From Candidatus Poribacteria bacterium (GTDB lineage: Bacteria > Poribacteria > WGA-4E > PCPOR2b), in assembly GCA_965215015.1 (NCBI GenBank), contig OZ244042.1:3808001-3872000 (forward strand): a DNA stretch of 64,000 bases, in the 5' to 3' direction. Position 1 is the stretch's first letter. Each line of letters starts with the position of its first letter. Made by a program: the position numbers and the translations under genes. The notes beneath the pieces are model-generated. The model was not told where the DNA came from. It was given only the letters and a program-made list of their open reading frames with translations, and made no database searches. Of the stretch, positions 49,241 through 57,668 are shown one piece after another.

Positions 49241-49465
49241 ATGGTGAAAAGGAAACGAGATACAGAATCCAATAGAAATGGGGCGACGCTCGGCTTTGAA
49301 GTGCCCCTATACCAAGCAGTGGACAAACTCCGTAACAACCTTGATGCCGCTGAATATAAGCATGTGGTGTTGGGGTTGATTTTCCTCAAGTATATCTCGG
49401 ACGCTTTTGAGGAAAAACGCGATTGGCTGTTCAAGGGATCTACGCTGAGATGCAGCGATCTGTAA
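49241..49465 (+). pseudogene. hsdM: Type I R-M HsdM N-terminal fragment
   Basis: LGFE...[31 protein letters not shown], then truncated. Confidence 0.88.
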
Positions 49466-49498
49466 GGATTTGGAAATGGTTGGGATCGGAGATAATTC

Positions 49499-51253
49499 AT
49501 GAATTTCAGTGACGAAGAGATTAAACGCCAAATGCGCCTCGGTGAAGACAGCCATTGGGAGTTCAAGGCGATTGAGTTCGCGGGGGATGTTCCTAAGAGT
49601 CCTCGTCGTGAGGATCTGGCAGACGAACTCGCCGCATTTGCCAATACGGACGGCGGTGTGGTATTGTGTGGTGTAACCGACAGCGGCGATGCACAAGGTA
49701 TGTCACGCGAGCAGATGGACGCGCTGGAGCGGGTCTTGGGGGAAGTTTGCACAGACATGATTAATCCCTCGATCCGGACTGTGGTTCTTCGCAGAGTAAC
49801 AGAGGAAGAAATGCCATTCCTGCTGGTTGAAGTGCCACAAGGGCATACCCAGCACAAAAGCCCCGGCGGCAGCTACTGCCGAGTTGGCAGCTCAAAACGC
49901 GAGATGACGAGCGATGAGCAGCTGCGTCTGGCACAGCAGCGTGGACAGGCACGCTTCCTCTGGTTTGACAAACAGCCGGTGCAGGAAACCGGATTTGGAT
50001 CCTTGGATGAATCGCTTTGGAAACCTTTGTTGAGTGCCGTAGGTGCCGACAGGCCTGAATCCGCGCTGGAGAAGATGGGCCTCTTGACAAATGACGAAAA
50101 CGGAACAACGCGGGCTACGGTGGCGGGTGTCCTGTTGTGCAGTCGTTCTCCCGAAAAATGGTTGTCTAACGCCTGCATTACCGCAACCTGTTACCGAGGC
50201 AATGACCGTGCCTCCGGGCAGATAGATGCCCAAACCATTACGGGCCCGCTGAATCGACAAATTACTGAGGCGGTTGCCTTTGCAGTTCGCAACATGCGGG
50301 TCGGTGCTTACAAAAGCCCTGCCCGTACCGACTTGCCCCAATACAGCGAGGCTGCCCTGTTTGAAGCGATTGTCAACGCCGTTGCCCACCGCGACTATTC
50401 AATTCGTGGCAGCCAAATTCGACTCTCAATGTTTGCGGACCACCTTGAAATAAACTCTCCCGGTGGGTTGCCGAACAACCTGACCATTGATAGCATGGAA
50501 TTCCGCCAGTCAACGCGCAATGAAGCACTCGCCTCTATACTTGGGGGAATACCTGTTGGAGAGGTTCGGGGTTCGGGCGACCGGCAATGCTTCATGGAGC
50601 GACGGGGGGACGGTGTGCCAATCATCTTTCGTGAAACAGAAGCCTTGAGCGGAAAGCGTCCAGAGTATAAACTAGTTGATAATTCAGACCTTTTTCTTAC
50701 AATCCCGGCCTCTCCCACGGATGCAACACCGGCAACTACCGTAATCATGTGCTACCATTGTGGCCTCCCCGTGCCGGGAATTGAGTTGTTGGCACTGTTT
50801 CCGAATAAGACCTGGAAACACGCAACTACCGACGAGAATGGCGAGGCGCAAGTTGACCTGCATTCTACACACCTGCCCATGACAGTGTTCGCGGCTGCTA
50901 CCGGCTATGCCGCTCACCTTGAATATGACTGGGTGCCAGCGCAGGGGGCACTAGCAATTGAAATGCAAAGCCTGCCTAACGGGGGGGCGGTGATTTTTCC
51001 GGAGGCGACCGGAGCTCTTCCGGGCTTGTCGGGACGTTTGAATCCCATACGCGATAACCATGACAGGACCTACCTTTATGCCTCCAACATCGCCATCAAC
51101 GAGGGCAAACAGCAGCCGGTTTATTTCATTCCCGGTGAGGATTTGCGCCTCACCGATGCCGATGGTAGAGAACTGGTAGTGCGTATTGTCGCAATCAGCG
51201 GTAGATCTGCGCTGGTCGAGTATCGTCCTTATTTCAAAGGAGATGGAAAATGA
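49499..51253 (+). CDS. Schlafen/AlbA_2 + HATPase_c_4 (RecG_C-like) protein with extra beta-rich C-terminal domains
   Basis: EDSHWEFK, AFANTDGG..CGVTD, EAIVNAVAHRDY, NSPGGL, RN, MERRGDG. Confidence 0.85.
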   Translation: MNFSDEEIKRQMRLGEDSHWEFKAIEFAGDVPKSPRREDLADELAAFANTDGGVVLCGVTDSGDAQGMSREQMDALERVLGEVCTDMINPSIRTVVLRRVTEEEMPFLLVEVPQGHTQHKSPGGSYCRVGSSKREMTSDEQLRLAQQRGQARFLWFDKQPVQETGFGSLDESLWKPLLSAVGADRPESALEKMGLLTNDENGTTRATVAGVLLCSRSPEKWLSNACITATCYRGNDRASGQIDAQTITGPLNRQITEAVAFAVRNMRVGAYKSPARTDLPQYSEAALFEAIVNAVAHRDYSIRGSQIRLSMFADHLEINSPGGLPNNLTIDSMEFRQSTRNEALASILGGIPVGEVRGSGDRQCFMERRGDGVPIIFRETEALSGKRPEYKLVDNSDLFLTIPASPTDATPATTVIMCYHCGLPVPGIELLALFPNKTWKHATTDENGEAQVDLHSTHLPMTVFAAATGYAAHLEYDWVPAQGALAIEMQSLPNGGAVIFPEATGALPGLSGRLNPIRDNHDRTYLYASNIAINEGKQQPVYFIPGEDLRLTDADGRELVVRIVAISGRSALVEYRPYFKGDGK

Positions 51254-51663
51254 GCTTACAGTTGAACACCTTGGCCAAATCTATTGACGCTCTGGAACCT
51301 TCTGTGGAAATCGCGAGCAGTCTTGATACTTCTGATGACGCTTTGTGGGAAACGGTTCGCGCCGGAGTCATTCAAAACTTTAAGGCCGCTTACGAGCGGT
51401 GCTGGAAAATGATGAAGCGAGGGTTGGAAGAAAATATAGGCAACACCTATGTTGATGATGTCACCCGCCGAGAACTGTTTCGTCTGGCAGCGGAAAGCCG
51501 CCTCATCACCGGTGTGGAGCGATGGATGGATTACCACATGGACCGTAACCAGACTTCCCAGGCTTACGATGCAGCGACTGCCCAAAGCATGTTTGAGGAA
51601 GCAACGCAGTTTTCAGGTGATGCTAGACAGCTTTTAGAGACGCTAGAGACACACAATGATTGA
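51250..51663 (+). CDS. HI0074-like nucleotidyltransferase substrate-binding (HEPN) protein
   Basis: RAGVIQNF..YE..WK, RELFRLA, RNQTSQAY; coupled to MNT. Confidence 0.85.
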   Translation: MSLQLNTLAKSIDALEPSVEIASSLDTSDDALWETVRAGVIQNFKAAYERCWKMMKRGLEENIGNTYVDDVTRRELFRLAAESRLITGVERWMDYHMDRNQTSQAYDAATAQSMFEEATQFSGDARQLLETLETHND

Positions 51664-51979
51664 TCTCACTCCCAAATATCTTGAAACGATTCAGCGCATA
51701 TTGGCTGAACATGTGCCGAAATGCGAAGTTCGTGCCTACGGGTCCCGGGTGAAATGGACAGCGAAGGATTATTCCGATCTTGATCTTGCGGTTGTCGGCA
51801 GTGAACCGTTAACCCGGAGGCAGCTGCGCCGATTAATAGAGGCTTTTGAGGAATCCGACGTGCCGATTCGGGTTGATGTGGTAGATTGGCAGTCGTTGGC
51901 AGATTGGTTCAAGCAGGAGATTTCGGAGAAGTACGAGGTGATACAAGAAGCAGAATTTGGAGGCATTTACGGGAATTGA
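51656..51979 (+). CDS. Minimal nucleotidyltransferase (MNT) antitoxin
   Basis: AYGSR, YSDLDLAV, RVDVVDW. Confidence 0.9.
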   Translation: MIDLTPKYLETIQRILAEHVPKCEVRAYGSRVKWTAKDYSDLDLAVVGSEPLTRRQLRRLIEAFEESDVPIRVDVVDWQSLADWFKQEISEKYEVIQEAEFGGIYGN

Positions 51980-51982
51980 GGT

Positions 51983-52177
51983 ATGGAGAATAACCGCTGG
52001 AAGCTAGTAAAACTCGGTAATGTTATCCAAATCAATCCTCGGCGAACACTTCGCAGAACAGAAGTTGTATTTCATGTATCTATGCAGGATATTGAGGTAT
52101 TTAAACGATAGATTACTTCACACTCGTTCAAAAAATTTAGCGGATCAGCGGCGCGGTTTCAAAATGGAGATACGCTA
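51983..52177 (+). pseudogene. hsdS: Type I R-M HsdS 5' fragment with internal TAG
   Basis: MENNRWKLVKLGNVIQINP...VSMQDI...KR*...SAARFQNGDTL; truncated. Confidence 0.75.
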
Positions 52178-52283
52178 GGACAAACCTGTACCGTCCCGAT
52201 AGGGATTCGTTTTTAATGGTTCAACCCAACCTACGTCCTGCTTCAATCCCTCAAACGTCAACAGGACCTAGCAAGCCAATGGC

Positions 52284-53537
52284 TTACTCTCCTTGGTAGC
52301 GCATTTCCTCCCAAACCTCGCGGGCGTAAGCGGTAGCTTCCTCGCTTGGCGGATTAAACCCATTGATGCTGGGGGCTGGCTGATTAGGGTTGTGGTGTTC
52401 GGGCCAAGGAGACCAGTTATCGTCCTCGTAATCCACCCTGACGGATTCTCGGCGAAAATCTGGAATTTCGTAGGGTGCTCCGTTATCCAGACATGACCGC
52501 CACGCTTGAATCCCGACCATCGCCATCTCAAGCCCACGATAGACATCAAAGTAGGGAGGTTCGTTCTTGCGAATGGCTTCGGCGAAATGGTAGGTTGTGA
52601 AGAAATCGCCGCCGCTATGTCCTGCCTGTCGTGCCTCCTCAGCGTGGTGGGGAAAATCTGGGGTATAAATCTTTTCGCGTTCATCGCCTTCCCGCAGATC
52701 CCACGGCTCGTGCATCACGCGCAGGGAGCCGGGGGCACCAGCCCGTAGATTCTCCATCAGTCCGCGTGTGCCGTGAATCCGATACCAGACGCCGTGCCCG
52801 CGCATCTTTAGGCCCATAATCCGGACGACCGAGTTGTTGTCCATGCGGCAGAGGATGATACCACCGGGGTCGCCTCGCTGGACATTCAATTTTTCGGTAT
52901 CGTTGTCGGAACGGGGGATTGACAGCGCGTTCACACTCACCGGATGAGTGTCGGTGATGTACATAATTGGTGCCAGCGCGTGAGAGCAGTAGTAGGTAGA
53001 CGGAATCCAGTTGCGCCAGTGGTTCATCCCCGGCGATAATAGGTTGTAACCTCGTGAATCGAAGGGGTGGTTATACTCCCCTTCTCCGTATTGCATCTCG
53101 CCGACCTCATCGCTCTGGTAGAGGCGGCGCATCGCCTGATTGTAGGCAAAATAGGGGTAATTCTCGGCGAACAGATAGATTTTGCCGGACTTGTCTACCG
53201 CCCGCGCCAATGCCACTCCTTCCGCTGGCGTTCCACACGCGGTTGTTTCACTCATCACATGCAGCCCTGCCTCAAGGGCTTTGACGGCAAAGGGGGCATG
53301 CTGATGAAAGTAGTTCGCCAAAACAACGGCGTCCATGTCGTGGGAAAGAAACCCCTCGTAATCCGTGTATGTCGTAACGTTTAGTGTTTTTCCCGCCTCA
53401 TACAGCTTCGCCTCCCACGTATCGCAGAGTGCGACCAATTCCATGCCAACAAAGGGAGTGCCCTGCGCGAATCCCATTCCGCGCCCGACCCCAACGACGC
53501 CGACGCGAATCTTGTTTTGATCGGTTTTCCTTGTCAC
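52284..53537 (-). CDS. Gfo/Idh/MocA oxidoreductase
   Basis: GVVGVGRG, HVMSE, AENY, YGEGEYNH, GHSGGD. Confidence 0.9.
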   Translation of the reverse strand: MTRKTDQNKIRVGVVGVGRGMGFAQGTPFVGMELVALCDTWEAKLYEAGKTLNVTTYTDYEGFLSHDMDAVVLANYFHQHAPFAVKALEAGLHVMSETTACGTPAEGVALARAVDKSGKIYLFAENYPYFAYNQAMRRLYQSDEVGEMQYGEGEYNHPFDSRGYNLLSPGMNHWRNWIPSTYYCSHALAPIMYITDTHPVSVNALSIPRSDNDTEKLNVQRGDPGGIILCRMDNNSVVRIMGLKMRGHGVWYRIHGTRGLMENLRAGAPGSLRVMHEPWDLREGDEREKIYTPDFPHHAEEARQAGHSGGDFFTTYHFAEAIRKNEPPYFDVYRGLEMAMVGIQAWRSCLDNGAPYEIPDFRRESVRVDYEDDNWSPWPEHHNPNQPAPSINGFNPPSEEATAYAREVWEEMRYQGE

Positions 53538-53890
53538 GGACGTGCTCCTTTCAGAATATCAGAAACCCACATCTAAAGCTCCAATTGCTTTGGATCCCGA
53601 AGATACTAACAATAGAACTCCCAATACTGTTACGCCACGCGATTGGCTCCATCCGCCCTGAACATTGCGCTATTCTGACACTGCCTAGACAAGCGAATTG
53701 CCCTGGTTCGCCGATAGATGCACACAGCCATTCACACAGATGCGTAAGCTCTAATATTGTTTCGGTAGTGGTTCAGTCAAAAAGAAGGTGCAAGGCGCGA
53801 AGGGAAACCGAGTTTTTCGGCAAAACTCGGTTTCTATTGCACGATTTCTTAACATGAGCCTCGGTAGTTTGCTTGATGAGCACCCTTCAG

Positions 53891-55798
53891 TTAATTTTGT
53901 AGGGCAATTTGAGTAGATAAGACTTTGACGAGTTCATCTAAGTGGACGTGGCGGAAAAACTCCGAAAGCCGCTTCTGCTTCGGTTTCATCGGGAGTAAAA
54001 TAAAATCTGAATAATGTACTTGGAGGCATTCAAACACCATGCGATAGGCCTGACTTGTGGCATATCCGACAACCAAAGTATAGCAGGTGCTGTGCTTATT
54101 AAGATAGGCTTTGAATCGATCGGCACCCAACTGTATCTGCGCGGTATTTCTGGGGGATAGCTGGAAATCATAGCGAACGACGGGTTCCTCAGATTCAAAT
54201 TCTTCTGGTACTGGACCGTAGAGTCCGGAAAGAGTAATTTTGTGAATCGCCCGTTGATTGTTCCCAAAAGCATTTTGAAGCTTGGTGTTGATGATAGTGT
54301 GTGTACGTGAAAGTGAATACGGCTTTTTCCCTGCACACGGAATTGCCAAAAGAATCTTTTTATCCTTCGGGGGGTTGTAATTTGCTGGAACAGAAAAAGA
54401 GTCGGGCGTATAATCGAGTGAAATCGTCGGTTGTTCGTTCTGAAGCGATGAATCCGTTTCTTTTGTTGAAATTGTCGGAAAAAGTTCCAATTGATACGGG
54501 TTACTCTTGACCATACGCCGATTTTCTGACGTGGAGACACCAACAACGGTCTTTGCCATACGATTGGCAAATGCTTTATTATTTTCCATCAACCAGCCGA
54601 CCGCGTTACGGCTGCCTCGCGATGTAGAAGCATGAAGGACTAATTCTTCCAGTGCCTCATCGGCTTCAATGGCGTCCTTCATGCGAGAAAGCAGCCCTGC
54701 TTCCAACTCGAAATTATGCAAGGCGATCGCCGCATAACATTCGCTCTTGTATTTTCCGGTCGAAGTCCGCTTATAGCTGACCTCTTCCATTAAGGTGCGC
54801 TGCATCTCATCAAGGGAAACGTCCCGGCAGATGCGGCAAGTACAGGTCAGTTCATCCAGTTCCATCAGCCTTCGCTTCGTTCGTGTCAATGGGTCTGCGT
54901 AGTTGAGTCTACGTGCTGCTTGAATATAGCTGGTACTGTCAAAGCTATCGACACCCATGTACGCCAATATAGGTGTCAATTCGCCGGAGACGCCGAAAGC
55001 GTGGATGGGAGTATGGTGCCGCTCTGATTCTGGAATCGCTTTTTGAACTCCGCAGATTCGCTCAAGCACTGCCGAATCCTGTTTCCCCCGCAGCGGCACT
55101 AGAGAGCCAACCGCTAGTCCAAAAGAGGGCAGCACGCCTAAAAGCCGATCAAAAACTTGCTTAACATAACTCTCAATATCTGATTGGGATTGTCCATGAC
55201 AGCAAACGTATAAAAAGGGAGGTTGTGCTCTGGTTTCAAGCAATGTAGCGACGCGATAGGCATTTTTTAGACTTAGGTTCATCCGTTTCTCAGCTTCAGA
55301 GCGTTCCAACCCCGGTGGTAACGGATAATCTAAAGAAGCAATAATTTCGCCTCCAAAATCTTCCTGAAGCGCGAAAATATCATCGGCTTCGGTCTCCTTT
55401 TCAATTCCAAATTCCTTTAGGTCTAACCCTGCGTTGTAAAGCAGCTTAAATCCACCGGAGTCCAGAAATAGTGGGGCATTATAAACACCGTTTACCTCTT
55501 GATACCACTCACGCATTGTTTTTTGACGCCACGTTGTTAAATGTTTCCCCTCAAACGGGAAGTCCAGAAAGTGCAAGACTTGGGATAACATCGGGACATC
55601 GTGCTTCATCAAGTCACGGAGAAGGTACTTCCAGAGACCTCCTCCCCGTGGGGTGGAGCCGGTCATAAACGAAACCACTGGATATAGTATCGGCGTTGAC
55701 AAAGGTGATAAGACTTCGCCATCTCGTTGCAAACGAAGCTCACCGATTCTGCCGCCTTTCCTCTGGACGGTCGTATGGTAAGTTGGAGTTGTGTTCAT
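53891..55798 (-). CDS. Archaeal-type tRNA/DNA-guanine transglycosylase fused to an ArcS/DUF5591-like domain
   Basis: DSGGF, LDYP, GSLVPL, HAFG, GVDSFDS, CTCRIC..H; C-terminal PCAGKKPYSLSRTH and SGLYGPVPEEFE. Confidence 0.85.
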   Translation of the reverse strand: MNTTPTYHTTVQRKGGRIGELRLQRDGEVLSPLSTPILYPVVSFMTGSTPRGGGLWKYLLRDLMKHDVPMLSQVLHFLDFPFEGKHLTTWRQKTMREWYQEVNGVYNAPLFLDSGGFKLLYNAGLDLKEFGIEKETEADDIFALQEDFGGEIIASLDYPLPPGLERSEAEKRMNLSLKNAYRVATLLETRAQPPFLYVCCHGQSQSDIESYVKQVFDRLLGVLPSFGLAVGSLVPLRGKQDSAVLERICGVQKAIPESERHHTPIHAFGVSGELTPILAYMGVDSFDSTSYIQAARRLNYADPLTRTKRRLMELDELTCTCRICRDVSLDEMQRTLMEEVSYKRTSTGKYKSECYAAIALHNFELEAGLLSRMKDAIEADEALEELVLHASTSRGSRNAVGWLMENNKAFANRMAKTVVGVSTSENRRMVKSNPYQLELFPTISTKETDSSLQNEQPTISLDYTPDSFSVPANYNPPKDKKILLAIPCAGKKPYSLSRTHTIINTKLQNAFGNNQRAIHKITLSGLYGPVPEEFESEEPVVRYDFQLSPRNTAQIQLGADRFKAYLNKHSTCYTLVVGYATSQAYRMVFECLQVHYSDFILLPMKPKQKRLSEFFRHVHLDELVKVLSTQIALQN

Positions 55799-55901
55799 AG
55801 TACGATGTTTTTCCGATGGCCATTTAAGGACTAATTTGGTTGAGTGGAATCAGTTCCAAATGCTGAGCTGGTATATATTCCATCAAAATTTAAATTTAAT
55901 G

Positions 55902-56258
55902 TAGGACTTACGCAGTTGAACGTTCAAACTTTCGTAATTCGGTGACTCCTCAAATACTGGGTGTGTTCCTCAACAGTGTTTGGTGAATTGAAAATACCAA
56001 GTATGTTGCGTGCCAGTCCTGTCTCAACTCACCTAGAACGTTGTGTAACCGTGTCGGGTGTCCACTGTTGCACAACAGGGTTGGTATCTATACGACTCAC
56101 GCCGCCCGATGAATCGGGTAACTCCAGTTCAGCCGCCAGGAGTCGGCACGGTCCGCTGTGCTGTCATTGGCACAACGGCTACGGCATACGGCGTATGCCG
56201 ACTCCCTTAAAGACGCGGGTTGAATTGCGCGACTACAAGCTCAAGTGCGTAACTCCTA
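55902..56258. mobile_element. MITE family B (TIR TAGGACTTACGCA) carrying nested REPs
   Basis: TAGGACTTACGCA at 55902-55914 and TGCGTAACTCCTA at 56246-56258 (12/13 match); lone end at 3546-3558. Confidence 0.75.
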
Positions 56259-56608
56259 AAATGAATAAAGTGGCGGTTTTTCATGGCCGCACCGAACGCC
56301 CCATGAAACCAAATATTGAAGCCTATTTTGTGCAACATGATTTTGAATCGTCTCCGGCAATATTGACTGGCGACATGATAAAACAATCAACCCAACATTT
56401 TCCAAGGGTGGTTCTCAAAACAACTTTATCATTCGGCAATTATACGATCCCTTCCGTCAGTGGGGCATCAACACTCAAAAGGAAGTTCGCCCACTTTTCT
56501 TTTCATTCGATTCACGGACGCCCCCAGTGTTGTTGGGAACATGCATTTGCCAATAAGAACGATTACAACAGTATCCGATTGGTAAAATCCGCGAGTTATC
56601 AGATTCAT
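56259..56608 (-). pseudogene. Heavily decayed gene translationally coupled to the MTase
   Basis: ATGA overlap with the MTase stop; protein-like stretches in shifting frames (KEKWANFLLSVDAPL; NVGLIVLSCRQSILPETIQNHVAQNRLQYLVSW). Confidence 0.35.
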
Positions 56609-57621
56609 GAACCTACCTGAATATTTAACCTCAACTCATCAAGCCGTTTTTGAGCAATCTGATTATACGCTTCTTCTTTCTCAATCATTACCCATTTTCG
56701 GTTCTGTTTTTCCGCGATGACCCCGGTCGTACCAGTCCCTGAGAATGGGTCAAGAATAAGGTCGTCTTCATTGGTTCCCGCCAAGATGAGCCGTTCAACA
56801 ACCTGAAGCGGCTTTTGGGAAGGGTGTTTTCCATGTTTTCGTTCCGAAGGCTTAATTAGTGGAATTTCCCACATATTCCGCATCTGTTTGTTATTATTTA
56901 TCGCCTTCATCGTATGATAGTTGAAGGTCCAATTCTTCGCCTTCTTACTCTCATTGTTGACCGCCCATAAGATGAACTCGGTAGACTCAGTAAACATGCG
57001 ACAAGTAATATTGGGCTGTGCATTCGGTTTATACCAAACAATTTGGGTAATAATTCGCCGGTCAAATATATTTTGCAGAATGAATCCAAGCGTAAAGATA
57101 CTGTGAAATGAACCAAAAACAAAGATATTCCCGTTTGGCTTGACGACTCTCAAAACTTCAGTAATCCAATCGAGTGTAAATTGGAAATATTCGTCTTTTG
57201 AAAAAATATCCCAGCCTTCTTGCATGGTAATATGAGAACTGAACGCCCAGCCCAACCCTTTCTTTTGAGATATGTTGAACGGTGGGTCAGCAATGCAGCA
57301 ATCGAAGGCACTGTCCGGCAAAAAAGGCAAAATACTGAGGCAATCGCCGCATAAAATTTGTTTGACGGGCAGATTCTCAAGTAGGCTATCCAAAGGTAAG
57401 GTGAGATCCGCTTCTGATAGAGCTGTCTGTATCTGATTTTCTGAAGCAACTGTGGATTTTGCTCCCGGATCTGGATTGAGAGTCGTCTTCGGTTGGAGCG
57501 GGTGAACTCCCGTTTCAAGATATTGAATCAGTTGAGCTTTATTCAACGAAGAGTATCCTCTTAATCTACGTTTTTTCGCCTCTCTTCTCAGATCTTTGTC
57601 TCGCATTTGATTAAAGTTCAT
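56605..57621 (-). CDS. Beta-class N6/N4 DNA methyltransferase (DpnA-like) with N-terminal Rho_N-like domain
   Basis: ADPPFN, WYKPN, KHPSQKP, DPFSGTGTT; N-terminal DLRREAKKRRLRGYSSLNKAQLI. Confidence 0.92.
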   Translation of the reverse strand: MNFNQMRDKDLRREAKKRRLRGYSSLNKAQLIQYLETGVHPLQPKTTLNPDPGAKSTVASENQIQTALSEADLTLPLDSLLENLPVKQILCGDCLSILPFLPDSAFDCCIADPPFNISQKKGLGWAFSSHITMQEGWDIFSKDEYFQFTLDWITEVLRVVKPNGNIFVFGSFHSIFTLGFILQNIFDRRIITQIVWYKPNAQPNITCRMFTESTEFILWAVNNESKKAKNWTFNYHTMKAINNNKQMRNMWEIPLIKPSERKHGKHPSQKPLQVVERLILAGTNEDDLILDPFSGTGTTGVIAEKQNRKWVMIEKEEAYNQIAQKRLDELRLNIQVGS

Positions 57622-57668
57622 TATACGCAGCCCGTACTGCTTCAAGAAAACTATACCGTAAGGTCTTC

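Noticed and set aside
49174-49857. 227-aa antisense ORF and the many other overlapping short ORFs
   Set aside because: Shadow frames of well-supported genes on the opposite strand
53891-55798. Ordinary queuine tRNA-ribosyltransferase (tgt)
   Set aside because: The pocket loop is GSLVPL, the TP.FMPVGT and NTYHL motifs are absent, and there is an extra ArcS-like domain
56540-56608. TIR/ThsB-like motif DTVVIVLIGKC
   Set aside because: The following sequence lacks the WV.WE catalytic segment; probably chance
55961-56620. 219-aa plus-strand ORF as a restriction endonuclease
   Set aside because: The first half is MITE-B sequence, and the rest shows no PD-(D/E)XK, HNH or GIY motif. The minus-strand decayed reading fits the operon better, though this remains uncertain.
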